From Proteiniphilum sp. (GTDB lineage Bacteria; Bacteroidota; Bacteroidia; Bacteroidales; Dysgonomonadaceae): a stretch of 44,323 bases of DNA. The stretch is taken from positions 1 through 44,323 of the forward strand of contig JBBACU010000001.1 of NCBI GenBank assembly GCA_041656815.1. Reading direction: 5' to 3'. Both the position numbers and the translations under genes were made by a program. A model generated the notes under the pieces. The model saw nothing but the letters and a program-made list of their open reading frames with translations. It was not told the DNA's origin and searched no databases. Within the stretch, counting starts at the first letter, position 1; each line of letters begins with the position of its first letter. Shown in pieces: positions 1-9,095 of the stretch.

Positions 1-1209
1 GCCGAGCTCGGAGTACCCGCCCCAGAGCCACACTTGACCGTTAGCACCGTAAAAATAGCGGTCGCCATAGCTTATACCCGATTGGGTCGCGTAGGGGAAC
101 ATGAATACGCCCTGTTCAGGCCCGGTGATGATGTTCATCTTTTCATTACTGGTAATCGTCGCCGTGTGACGCTTCAGGAGCATCGTTTTCACGCTCGCGA
201 AATCACTCTTTACCGGTGCGGCCGAGCTGGGCATAAAATTTTCACGCCACGCGAACACGTCGGTATCAAAGCTGCACAGGTGGCCGTCGAATTCCCAGAA
301 CTGACCCCATGGATTTTCAAAGGCCGCTACTTTCACGCTGTGGCATAGAGCATCCTGGCTATCTCTCACACCCACCTTGCCGTCTTGCGTGCCTAAAATG
401 AGCGTGGCTCCCGTGGGTATCGTGTACTGGTCGGTTGCGGTTGCGCTTTCAGAGCCGTCCAGGCCCACGCCCCAAACGGGGGTTCCGTCTTCCAGCTTGC
501 ACTCTTGACTGCCGCGTTGACCGTACTTGGCCATCATGTACCATAGCAGGAAATTACGGAAGTAAACGCCGGCAAGGCCGTAATCTTCCCCGTAGTTTTG
601 CGCGGCGTCCCAGAATGACTGAACGGTTCTCGACCGGGTGGGTGCCTTGTTGGGCACCGACCGCAAGCGACCGTTTCCATCAACCCACCCTTTGAACATA
701 CCTACCATTTGCGCGGGCTCTTGCCATCCGGGTAGAGGAAGAAGGGAGAGCCACAATCTGTTAATGGTTTTCCCGCCCATCTCTATCGTTTGCACGTAGC
801 ATCCTGTCTGGGGTATTCGGGATACGAAATTGCAATCCGAGATACCGGGCATCGGCTCGCGGGTTTCAAGATCCACGGCCTGCGATCCATCCGCGAAATA
901 ACGGTTGTCCACTCTCGATAGCGGCGACCAGTTTCCTTCTTGATTTAGGACTCCGCCCTCGATTAAGGCCTCCCATGCCTTGAACATCTCCCTGTTCCCG
1001 CCTACATTCACGCTTAAAGCAGTGTCGCCGGGTTCGTTGATGTCGATGAAAAAAGCAACTTGCTGCAAATACAGGTCGTTGTTCTCAACAAGGGTTTTCT
1101 TCAGGTTCTCGAGATGAATCTTAACCGGTATATTACCGGCGAAACCCATGAGAAAGTCCTGATCGGTCATCGTTTCCACGATGTCCACGTTATGTAAATA
1201 TTTTCCCAT
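1..1209 (-). CDS. Partial (runs off left edge) tail/receptor-binding protein with C-terminal C-type-lectin (FGE/Mtd-like) domain; likely DGR target
   Basis: Not in the ORF track. Translated by hand from ATG 1209 (MGKYLHNVDIVETM...), open for 403 codons to the edge. Contains FENPWGQFWEFDG and ends ...YGDRYFYGANGQVWLWGGYSELG, typical of CLec-fold DGR targets. Last gene of the tail operon within the window. Confidence 0.75.
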   Translation of the reverse strand, partial: MGKYLHNVDIVETMTDQDFLMGFAGNIPVKIHLENLKKTLVENNDLYLQQVAFFIDINEPGDTALSVNVGGNREMFKAWEALIEGGVLNQEGNWSPLSRVDNRYFADGSQAVDLETREPMPGISDCNFVSRIPQTGCYVQTIEMGGKTINRLWLSLLPLPGWQEPAQMVGMFKGWVDGNGRLRSVPNKAPTRSRTVQSFWDAAQNYGEDYGLAGVYFRNFLLWYMMAKYGQRGSQECKLEDGTPVWGVGLDGSESATATDQYTIPTGATLILGTQDGKVGVRDSQDALCHSVKVAAFENPWGQFWEFDGHLCSFDTDVFAWRENFMPSSAAPVKSDFASVKTMLLKRHTATITSNEKMNIITGPEQGVFMFPYATQSGISYGDRYFYGANGQVWLWGGYSELG

Positions 1210-1220
1210 ATATAGTAATG

Positions 1221-2270
1221 TTATATTAGTGTCACGTTAACCTCTCCCACGTAATTGGCGTCGCTGTAGTATTGCGCGCCACCGGCAAGAGGTATGTTCA
1301 AGCATTCGTCCTTGGTGATCACGAGATCCTTCCCGACGCCGCTCTTGGTTAAATCGCCCATGGCATTGTATACTTGCCAACTCCACAATTCATTTTCCGT
1401 GGGGATCGTATTGCCATTTCTCAACAGGTAGAACTCGTATTGCGCGTTTACTTTTTCGGTGACAAAGTCGTTGAATTTATGCACGCGCACCTGAAATTCA
1501 TCGGCCACGTCATTAATGTGCTGCCCGTCCTGGGCTACCGGCACGCCGTTATGCAGCAGCCGGGCCATGAACATGCTCGCTCCATGGATATCGTCGCGAT
1601 GAACGGTCAGGGCGGCATCGGTATGCGCCATCTTCACGTTGTCTTGGTACCATTCAACCGTGTAGCCATCTTGACCAATGGTAATGGCTTTCACGCCATA
1701 GGTGGCCTGCAGCGTCAAGGTTGTGGAAGGGTTGGCCTCGTCGAGAATGATTCGAGGGGTGGTGATGATGGCGTGGTGAGAATCGCTTCCGGCCTGCTGG
1801 ATCACGATGTCCATGCTGCCCACGTAGCTGTTGATCACGCCATTCGAAATGTATGACAGGTTGTAGCTAACCATCCGGTTGGCAACGTTGGCGGGAGAGG
1901 CGATGTTGTCAATGATCTTGAAGAACACTTTTCCTTCTTCATGCTTTATTTGGAATTTGCCGTTGGTCGACGTGCGCCAACCGTCGGGATCCGCCGTGCT
2001 GAATACCAGCTGTTCGCCATCGTATACCCAGCTACTCTCCGTTATGCTTACCGGGTAGCCCACGGCCGAAACGGCTCGAAACTCGCAAATGGGTTGCTGA
2101 TTTGGGTCCGTCCAGTCCACGCTTAATGCGCCGGAGGTGGTGTCCACCGCCTGAAACAGCGCGGCTCCCTTTTTTATGCCGTTATCTATCCTGTATATTT
2201 CTCTAACGATATAAACATCGTCGCCAATCCTCAAAAAACGTACAGTGAATGCTCCTTTTACTGATTCCAT
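1221..2270 (-). CDS. Virion/tail structural protein, beta-rich (Ig-like) domains
   Basis: 349 aa, beta-strand-rich (YTVEWYQDN, WSWQVYN), in the late operon. Confidence 0.55.
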   Translation of the reverse strand: MESVKGAFTVRFLRIGDDVYIVREIYRIDNGIKKGAALFQAVDTTSGALSVDWTDPNQQPICEFRAVSAVGYPVSITESSWVYDGEQLVFSTADPDGWRTSTNGKFQIKHEEGKVFFKIIDNIASPANVANRMVSYNLSYISNGVINSYVGSMDIVIQQAGSDSHHAIITTPRIILDEANPSTTLTLQATYGVKAITIGQDGYTVEWYQDNVKMAHTDAALTVHRDDIHGASMFMARLLHNGVPVAQDGQHINDVADEFQVRVHKFNDFVTEKVNAQYEFYLLRNGNTIPTENELWSWQVYNAMGDLTKSGVGKDLVITKDECLNIPLAGGAQYYSDANYVGEVNVTLI

Positions 2271-2473
2271 AACTCTGAATTTATTTGTTCTGTCAATTGC
2301 TGCCTACTCACGAGATCCCCGCCTAATTCACGGGCTTTTTTCTTCGGATCACCCAAGTAGCGAAGCTCGTTTTCATTAACGATCATCCTGCTTTTCGTGG
2401 GGCTCAATACGTGATGCTCGGTTTTAATCCCGGCTTTCACGGCATCCATCGTATTTACTATCGCGTATTTCAT
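2258..2473 (-). CDS. Small hypothetical protein of tail operon
   Basis: 71 aa, overlaps both neighbours (translational coupling). Confidence 0.6.
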   Translation of the reverse strand: MKYAIVNTMDAVKAGIKTEHHVLSPTKSRMIVNENELRYLGDPKKKARELGGDLVSRQQLTEQINSELWNQ

Positions 2474-3729
2474 ATCAAAAATCTATTGCCTTCGTTGTCA
2501 GTGAAAACGTGGCCGTCCGTGTCCATGGCCAGCGATGCGGCACCATGCGGGGTCACGTCAAAACCTACTTCAAAGTAGTTGTTGTTTTTCGTTCTTCCAA
2601 CGCCAATGTCGGCCACCGGGATGGAGAGCTTCACACCCAGGTTGTGTTTTTTTTCTCCCGCCGGGATCCAGTCGTTGCTTATGCTGTCGAATATTCGCGC
2701 TTGGGTGAACCATTCAATCCGGTACCATATTTCCGGATGCACCAGGCTGTGATCTTTGAGGCTCACGAGTGCCCAGTTGAAATACATTTGTTGATGTGGT
2801 GATATATCGGATCCGAACACGGGCATGCACTCGTGCACCGGCTCATCTTCACGGCGGATGGAGAACGTGTACCTCGACAATATTTTCTCGCCACGCTTAA
2901 GGCGTAATTCGTACTCTTTCTTCTCGATCAATCTCAAATCAAAATCTATGTGAGGGAATTGCAGATCGCTTACCTCCGGATGCAAAATGCTTCCCGGTAC
3001 TATGGGGCCGCCTCCCTTTTCTCTCAACTCGATATCAAGATCGGCGGGAAGTGCTTCCACGTTCGAATCTCCACTGTTCAATAGAATGACAACGCGCCGC
3101 TCGAACGAATGCATATCCTTGTAGGATTCCCTGTTCCCTCCCTCGTGTAGGCCCGCGCCTATCATGTAGTCGTATATCAATAGATTGTCGAGTACTGGGC
3201 GGTACACGATGTGTTGCACTTCAGTGCTTATGCGGTAAATATCCTCTCCTATATCGGAGGTGCTCATCGTTAACTCGTTGCTCTGCGCGGTTTCAATCTT
3301 ACCCCGCCTCCAGTCCTCGAGCTGTGCCTCGAAGCTTATAACGTATCGTTCCGTGACCGGGATATTCCGGAATATCCGGATGGATCCCCGTAATTCATTC
3401 TCGGTTTGAATGATTTCATATTTACCGGCAAATTCGGGAATATCCTGTATGGGTACACCGTTAAAGAACCATTTAATGCTATCGATAGAGAGCCGTTCGT
3501 TAACGTTACCATCGACAAATACTTTATCGGGATCGCGCACCTCAACGAACGGACGGATCACGCACGGGGTGAATTCCCGGTCGGGTTCATATTCGTTCAA
3601 CAGGGCATTAGAGACCTGCACCAGGGGCGAAGCGGGCGTTACACACTGTATCGAGCAGCTGATCCTCAACGGCTCGAAAACAACTTCTGTATGCTTGACC
3701 TGACTTCTTGTTGTATTTTTATTTGCCAT
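2470..3729 (-). CDS. Virion/tail structural protein
   Basis: 419 aa, beta-rich, tightly coupled within the late operon. Confidence 0.55.
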   Translation of the reverse strand: MANKNTTRSQVKHTEVVFEPLRISCSIQCVTPASPLVQVSNALLNEYEPDREFTPCVIRPFVEVRDPDKVFVDGNVNERLSIDSIKWFFNGVPIQDIPEFAGKYEIIQTENELRGSIRIFRNIPVTERYVISFEAQLEDWRRGKIETAQSNELTMSTSDIGEDIYRISTEVQHIVYRPVLDNLLIYDYMIGAGLHEGGNRESYKDMHSFERRVVILLNSGDSNVEALPADLDIELREKGGGPIVPGSILHPEVSDLQFPHIDFDLRLIEKKEYELRLKRGEKILSRYTFSIRREDEPVHECMPVFGSDISPHQQMYFNWALVSLKDHSLVHPEIWYRIEWFTQARIFDSISNDWIPAGEKKHNLGVKLSIPVADIGVGRTKNNNYFEVGFDVTPHGAASLAMDTDGHVFTDNEGNRFLI

Positions 3730-3730
3730 C

Positions 3731-4279
3731 TTAATTTATGCTGAAATTGAAATCATTTACCAATGTCTGTTGTCCTCGCCGGGCGAAAACAAGGAATTTC
3801 GTCGACATCCTGTCCTGACGAAAATTTAGATCCTCGAACGTGATCGTGAACTCGAAACCTTTGTTTCGTCCGTGCTGATTGTTCCAGTTCTGATCCGTGT
3901 AGTAATCCCCGCTGTCCCGCTCTAAATCAACCTGGCTGTATTGACTGGTGACGTCCCGGTTGTAGCCGTCGTAGATGAATACTTTTATTACCTGCTCCTC
4001 GCGGGGAGACATGGACTCTTTTTCCTTTTCTATGATCATGAATCGAATCTGATTCACGTTCTCGCTTCCAAGGTGAAGCAACGCCCATTTCTTCGTGTCC
4101 GGCTCCCAGTACGCGAAGCTTTTCAAAGCATACACGAATGCAATCCATCCATACTCGCCCCCGTCGGGATAGCGTTCGTACAAATCACCTATAGACTCGG
4201 CGGGTTCTTTCAGGTATTTCAATACCGGGATCCGCTCGAGGCCGGGAATGGTGGAAGGTTCTTTTTTCGTGCAGCTCAT
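3731..4279 (-). CDS. Putative tail-associated protein
   Basis: 182 aa, YPDGGEYG and RDSGD..D..WN motifs, position in operon. Confidence 0.5.
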   Translation of the reverse strand: MSCTKKEPSTIPGLERIPVLKYLKEPAESIGDLYERYPDGGEYGWIAFVYALKSFAYWEPDTKKWALLHLGSENVNQIRFMIIEKEKESMSPREEQVIKVFIYDGYNRDVTSQYSQVDLERDSGDYYTDQNWNNQHGRNKGFEFTITFEDLNFRQDRMSTKFLVFARRGQQTLVNDFNFSIN

Positions 4280-4283
4280 GTTT

Positions 4284-4985
4284 CTATTGTTTTGTTGTTA
4301 CAATATTTCCGACGACCGACTCCAGGCCGGGAAGCATCTGAACGGCCCGCGTCTCGAGTGCCTTGGCTACCTCGTCTTTCTCGTGCATGGTGAATACCGT
4401 GCTCGCGGTTATATAGGCTATCGGCTCAACGATCTGGTCGCTGATGCCCATGTCGTCTTCTTTGGCGAGTTCCTTTAGGGGCTTCACTACCGGCACGTAG
4501 ATGGCTGTCTCTACCTCGTGATCAGCAGCTCCCTTTTTCAGGGAGTAGTACCTCAACACGTGCTTGATCACCCCGTTCACGTCCTGCAGATCGATCACGC
4601 ACACGGGCCGAATCTCGCTACCGCGGGTATATTCGTTGCTCTGGATAGCCATTACACGATCGTTGCTTACCGACGCCTCGTGCACCGCCTTCTGCCATCC
4701 CTTCATCTTAAAAGCGGACAACAAGTAAAAATCGGACGGCAATTCAACATAGCCGGTGCCGCCTGCCTTGTCAAAAACAAGCCCCTGCTGCTTGAACGAC
4801 TTGTTAGATAGCCACGCACGCGATACCACCTTTGCGCAACGTCTCCACGCGTCAACATACGCCCCCTCGATCTGCTTGTCCACCTGTGCTTGATCGGCAC
4901 CGATGAACATCTGCCCAGACTTGTCGGCCATGCTCGCTTCGTTCATGATGAGCAATACCCGGTTAATAAAATCTTGTTTGGTCAT
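4284..4985 (-). CDS. Putative head-tail adaptor/connector
   Basis: 233 aa. N-terminal helix MTKQDFINRVLLIMNE, YVELPSDFY motif and helical C-terminus match podovirus adaptor architecture. Lies downstream of the capsid gene. Confidence 0.5.
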   Translation of the reverse strand: MTKQDFINRVLLIMNEASMADKSGQMFIGADQAQVDKQIEGAYVDAWRRCAKVVSRAWLSNKSFKQQGLVFDKAGGTGYVELPSDFYLLSAFKMKGWQKAVHEASVSNDRVMAIQSNEYTRGSEIRPVCVIDLQDVNGVIKHVLRYYSLKKGAADHEVETAIYVPVVKPLKELAKEDDMGISDQIVEPIAYITASTVFTMHEKDEVAKALETRAVQMLPGLESVVGNIVTTKQ

Positions 4986-4998
4986 AGCTGTAAATTGA

Positions 4999-5039
4999 AA
5001 GGGGCTGTCGGCGCCTTACCGACTAACCAACAGCCCCTT
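4999..5039 (-). terminator. Stem-loop, possible terminator or processing site
   Basis: AAGGGGCTGT (4999-5008) / ACAGCCCCTT (5030-5039) inverted repeat in an intergenic gap; weak U tail. Confidence 0.45.
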
Positions 5040-5068
5040 ATAATGAACTTCAAAAAATAAAAACAATA

Positions 5069-5545
5069 CTACTCTTTGGCAGGCGGTATATTGGGAAATG
5101 ACACGCCCATCTCGGCAGCCTTAGCGAATACCTTCTCGCGGTTATTCATCTCGGAAGGATCCACGCCGAACTCCGCTTCGAGTATCACTCGGGCTGCCTT
5201 AAGCGTGGTTACCTCGGGATATTCGGTGGGAGGATTAGGATCTGCTGGAGGACCTGCTGGAGGATCCTGGTTTTCATCATTCGGATCGACAGGAGGCGTG
5301 CCGGGTTCTTTGGCTTTGACTTTGGAGGGGTTGGATTTCTGATTCGAGAAAATCAGCTTGATTCTTTTCTCTTTAAATCTGGGAGACTCTTCGATCGCAT
5401 CCTGTAGCTTCTCGTCTTCCGTGGAGAACTGGGCTACGCGGTCGGTGGGGGATGCTTTCTCGAATTTAACGTAAACGTTCTTATCCCCGACCTTGAACGG
5501 CATCGTGTGCTCTTGTCCAATCGTTTTTAAACTATATATTTTCAT
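5069..5545 (-). CDS. Capsid-adjacent protein: two domains joined by a Pro-rich linker
   Basis: 158 aa, linker PPVDPN..PPAGPPADPNPP, small helical C-terminal domain. Confidence 0.6.
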   Translation of the reverse strand: MKIYSLKTIGQEHTMPFKVGDKNVYVKFEKASPTDRVAQFSTEDEKLQDAIEESPRFKEKRIKLIFSNQKSNPSKVKAKEPGTPPVDPNDENQDPPAGPPADPNPPTEYPEVTTLKAARVILEAEFGVDPSEMNNREKVFAKAAEMGVSFPNIPPAKE

Positions 5546-5568
5546 TGTTTTTGCTTTATGCTGTTTGT

Positions 5569-5605
5569 AAAAAACCTCACCTCCATCGCCCGATGGAGGT
5601 GAGGT
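5569..5605 (-). terminator. Rho-independent terminator after major capsid gene
   Basis: Perfect 15-bp inverted repeat ACCTCACCTCCATCG (5574-5588) / CGATGGAGGTGAGGT (5591-5605), followed by a T-run on the minus strand. Confidence 0.85.
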
Positions 5606-5614
5606 AAATAAGGT

Positions 5615-6973
5615 TTACACCAGTTGAACGCGACAGTGCGCCTTCGCGTTAGTGAGTACCAGTCCGAACGTGTCGATGTAGACTTGCGATTTCGAGTCGC
5701 TTGTACCAAGGCGGTAGTTGTCAAGCTCGTTTGAGCGCCAGTCGTGCATGTACTTCGTTAAATAAGCTTCGTCCATTACGATCGCGCAATCGGACATCTT
5801 CGCGTCGTCAAATGCTGGCTCATTGATGATGATCAACGTGTATTGACCGTAAATAATACGTTGCACATCCAGGCCAAACGCTTGCCCGGGTTTGCCGGGA
5901 TATATGACTTGATTGTAGTCAATTTTGTTGATGGTCTCTACCACATCGGATCCGGCCAGTAAAACCTTCGTGTTGCTCGAAGCGTTACCCACGAAAGCGG
6001 TTTTCATGAAAGTGATCAGGTCGTTCCGGGTAGCATTCGCGGGCAATTCAAAGTCTTTACCCGGCTGCCACCAGATGCCTTCCTGGAAGTACGTGTCCTC
6101 CAGTTTATTCCCGTTGAACTTGTTTGCGATCTGCAATTTGCGCTTCTTACCCAATAACATGTCCGCCTCCGCGGTAAGCTTGTGTTCGAAAATAGCGAAA
6201 TCGGTGATCTCGGTTTTTTGCCATTTAACGTCAGCAGCTTTTGCAGCGAGCACGAAGAACGTCGTTTCTTCTGTTTCCAGTATCATTTTCTGCATGTACT
6301 GCGACCTCTTGACGGGCACGGACGCCATCGGTGCGGTGCGGCTCTGCTTTTCACTCGCGGTCCTCACCCCTCGAATAACCACGGTATTCGCGGGAATAGA
6401 CGGGATCGTGTTTTCTAAACCTCCAACCGCAACACCGTTCACGGGAACAATGATTGGCTTTCCGGAGTTGTCCTGGTCTTTCACGTAGGCTTGGAACCAT
6501 CCCTCAGCGGTTACACCATCCTCTTTATATCCATCAATCCCCTTGAAAAACAATGTCTGGTTGATTGATACGAGGTGATTGTCGGTTAGGTCAATCACGT
6601 CCTGCGCGCGTCCGTCGCCCGGCGCTTCATAGGCGGTCCGCACGGTTGTTGCCAAGGGCAGAGTTTCAATTTCATGGTACTCCACGAGCGGATTGCCGCC
6701 TTTCCTTGTTTTGCCTCGTTTACTCGCTATCGTGTATAAAGGAGTCAAGTGGGGCTTGATGACCACCACCTCTCTTTCGATAGTAGCTTTCACGATATCG
6801 CTGTCGTACTCGTTGGCGTATTGAAGCGACACGGGTTGGTCAAAAGTCACGGCACCGGCGGTTTCCGCGGAAACAATGGCTTCCGCTCCAACTAATCCGA
6901 AGACCGAGCATAAGAACATGATCGCGAATATGAAAAATCCGCTGTTTTTGATCCGGTTGAATAAATCTTTCAT
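5615..6973 (-). CDS. Major capsid protein with N-terminal hydrophobic (signal/TM-like) leader
   Basis: 452 aa, directly after a scaffold-like gene and followed by a strong terminator. HK97-fold-like features: TPLYTI near the N-terminus, YMQK, E.DMLLG, FG+V..I...G.L.II.EP.F, GLVL near the C-terminus. Residues ~12-35 are hydrophobic. Confidence 0.8.
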   Translation of the reverse strand: MKDLFNRIKNSGFFIFAIMFLCSVFGLVGAEAIVSAETAGAVTFDQPVSLQYANEYDSDIVKATIEREVVVIKPHLTPLYTIASKRGKTRKGGNPLVEYHEIETLPLATTVRTAYEAPGDGRAQDVIDLTDNHLVSINQTLFFKGIDGYKEDGVTAEGWFQAYVKDQDNSGKPIIVPVNGVAVGGLENTIPSIPANTVVIRGVRTASEKQSRTAPMASVPVKRSQYMQKMILETEETTFFVLAAKAADVKWQKTEITDFAIFEHKLTAEADMLLGKKRKLQIANKFNGNKLEDTYFQEGIWWQPGKDFELPANATRNDLITFMKTAFVGNASSNTKVLLAGSDVVETINKIDYNQVIYPGKPGQAFGLDVQRIIYGQYTLIIINEPAFDDAKMSDCAIVMDEAYLTKYMHDWRSNELDNYRLGTSDSKSQVYIDTFGLVLTNAKAHCRVQLV

Positions 6974-6996
6974 AATTATTATTGTTGTTTATGGGT

Positions 6997-7842
6997 TTAA
7001 TCTCTGTCTTTTACACTCTCGGAGAGCGTGGGTGAACGCTGTGAAGTGAATGACGGCCGAGGGCTGGGCTGCGTTGCCTTGCCTTTCAAATCCGGCAATG
7101 GGCTTTTGTCGCTCTTCTTGTTCTTTATCTGCTGGATGGCTTCGTTTTTGCCGGCAAGCTTGGCGGCTTCTTCACGCGCTGTTTTCTCGTCGTCATAATC
7201 CATGCCTTTCCAAATGTTGTCAATGATCTCGTAGGTGATCTCACCGGCGTTAAGAGCCTCGGCGATGTCCAGGATGGTATTGTTAACGTCGGCCACGTTC
7301 TCCTCGCTCAAGCCGTGTTCTTCCGCGTACCCTTTCAAGGTGTTTTCGTATTTCTGGAAGTTCTCGCGCATTTGCTTCACTCTGCCGGAGTACTCCTGTT
7401 GTCCCGATCTAAGTTGCTCGAGCCCTGCGTCGTCCAGCTGGTCTATGATGTTGCCGAACGTCTTTCCAAGCGCGTACATCAAGTTTTCACCGTTGCCAAT
7501 CATCGAAATGAATTGAGCGAAACGTGGATCTTCCGAGATCGTCTGCGCTAACCTTTCGTTCGATCCGTTAATCTGGTCAAATCTACCCTGCAGCTCTTCG
7601 CGCTCGCTCCATCCTTGTCCCGCGTATTCGAACAATTTATCATCGTCAATGTCATCATCGCCAAGATCCGGGAAGGCACCCCGGTATCTTTGTATGAAAG
7701 CATCCCTGCCACTCAAAGGGGGAGGGTCGCCAATATCTTCCTCAATTGCCTCCTCTGCAGGCGGCACTTCTGTAGGAACAGTATCGACGGGAGCATCCAC
7801 TTGTTCCGCCGGAGGTGTTTTTTTATCTTCTTCTACCTTCAT
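6997..7842 (-). CDS. Capsid scaffolding protein
   Basis: Acidic and helical with a basic/Pro-rich C-terminus, immediately upstream of the capsid gene. ATG 7842 (MKVEED) preferred over 7872. Confidence 0.65.
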   Translation of the reverse strand: MKVEEDKKTPPAEQVDAPVDTVPTEVPPAEEAIEEDIGDPPPLSGRDAFIQRYRGAFPDLGDDDIDDDKLFEYAGQGWSEREELQGRFDQINGSNERLAQTISEDPRFAQFISMIGNGENLMYALGKTFGNIIDQLDDAGLEQLRSGQQEYSGRVKQMRENFQKYENTLKGYAEEHGLSEENVADVNNTILDIAEALNAGEITYEIIDNIWKGMDYDDEKTAREEAAKLAGKNEAIQQIKNKKSDKSPLPDLKGKATQPSPRPSFTSQRSPTLSESVKDRD

Positions 7843-7900
7843 AATGAGTTGTTCTTTGAGGTTTATTCTCACACAAATAAAAACTTTTTATTCAGTTTTA

Positions 7901-7916
7901 TTTGCCCAAAATCGTA
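7901..7916 (-). promoter_or_regulatory. Putative phage late-promoter/operator motif TACGATTTTGGGCAAA (copy 1)
   Basis: Identical 16-mer at 31588-31603; both lie 50-60 bp upstream of the first gene of a virion operon. Confidence 0.65.
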
Positions 7917-7933
7917 TTAATGATAAAAATTAC

Positions 7934-7941
7934 TACATTTG
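7934..7941 (+). promoter_or_regulatory. Bacteroidota -7 promoter element TACATTTG for the plus-strand block
   Basis: Matches TAnnTTTG, about 35 bp upstream of ATG 7975. Confidence 0.4.
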
Positions 7942-7974
7942 TATTTATTTAATACAAATGGAGGATTCTACTAC

Positions 7975-8319
7975 ATGAATAAAGAGGAGAGAAACAAGCG
8001 GATCTATATGATGTGGGATGAGGCGGGACTCACGTATGAACAGATCGCGACATTTAAATTCAAGGCGTGCATGTCTCGTAAAAGAGTTGGTAATATCATA
8101 TATGGCGGCCCCGGGAGACTGAAAAGTGAATTGGAAAAAGAGGTCTACCGAATCTACCGACTGAAATTCCTGGAATTAAAAGATGTTCAAAAAGCGCTTC
8201 AATTCACCTTTGAGAACCAGCCTCACCGGCACATCACGGTAAATCATATCCGGCACATCATTAACATTGAACGTCAAAAAAGACAAGTATGTGTCGATAA
8301 ACTTAAAATCAGCGAATAA
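7975..8319 (+). CDS. HTH DNA-binding protein, candidate transcription regulator
   Basis: RNKRIY..W...GLTYEQIA....MSRKRVGNII resembles a Mor/sigma4-type HTH. Start taken at ATG 7975, with GGAGG at 7960. Confidence 0.55.
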   Translation: MNKEERNKRIYMMWDEAGLTYEQIATFKFKACMSRKRVGNIIYGGPGRLKSELEKEVYRIYRLKFLELKDVQKALQFTFENQPHRHITVNHIRHIINIERQKRQVCVDKLKISE

Positions 8320-8344
8320 ACATCAATCAATAAAACAATAATCA

Positions 8345-8875
8345 ATGAAAGCAGAAATACTCACGTACTCCGGGAAAATATTCAATATCCTGTACCCGAA
8401 AGCGGAACTGATCGATATTAACGATATTGCCGAATCGTTAGCAAAACAGTGCCGATTTAATGGGCATATAAAAGGTTTTTACTCCGTCGCCGAGCACTCG
8501 GTGAGATGTTCTTCAATCTGTAAAAAATATCCACTCGATGCGCTTATGCATGATGCGGCCGAAGCATACACGGGAGATATTGTTGCGCCTTATAAAAATA
8601 TATTCCCGGGAATGAAAGCAATTGAAGATCATATCTACAAAGTTATCTGTGGAGTTTTTGGCCTTCGGTATCCATTGCCTAAAGAGGTGGATGATGTAGA
8701 TAAAGAGATAATGTTACGTATCGAACAAGAAGATCTCCAGTGGAGCAATTTTGATAATACGTTCGAAAAAACTCCTACTCCAATTCACTACCAGAGAATA
8801 ACCCATGGAATGGAATGGGAGGTTGCCCGGGATATTTTTTTATCACGATTTAAAGATTTAACAAATGACAAATAA
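8345..8875 (+). CDS. HD-domain 5'-deoxynucleotidase (YfdR/YfbR-like)
   Basis: DIAESLAKQCRFNGH, YSVAEHS, ALMHDAAEAYTGDI motifs. Confidence 0.85.
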   Translation: MKAEILTYSGKIFNILYPKAELIDINDIAESLAKQCRFNGHIKGFYSVAEHSVRCSSICKKYPLDALMHDAAEAYTGDIVAPYKNIFPGMKAIEDHIYKVICGVFGLRYPLPKEVDDVDKEIMLRIEQEDLQWSNFDNTFEKTPTPIHYQRITHGMEWEVARDIFLSRFKDLTNDK

Positions 8876-9095
8876 TGAACAACTTGTAGAGGCCACTAAG
8901 GTGGCAATTGGTTACACCCCCACGGCACGCATCTGCGTGAACTGCCAGCACGCCATTAGCGATGATGATCCGTTCACGGGTAGAGCACTTATCTGCACGG
9001 TAAGCAATATCTGCAGCTTCGAGGTAAACGAGCTCGCTACATGCGATAAATTCCGTCTAAACGTGATTTTAAAAGTGAGGGAGGAAGAAAAATGA
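8865..9095 (+). CDS. Small Cys-rich protein
   Basis: 76 aa, CVNCQH...C...C...C, overlaps its neighbours. Confidence 0.6.
   Translation: MTNNEQLVEATKVAIGYTPTARICVNCQHAISDDDPFTGRALICTVSNICSFEVNELATCDKFRLNVILKVREEEK

Noticed and set aside
8345-8875. HD hydrolase as DatZ of a 2-aminoadenine (Z-genome) pathway
   Set aside because: No purZ or dedicated polymerase in the window; YfdR-like HD proteins are common in phages.
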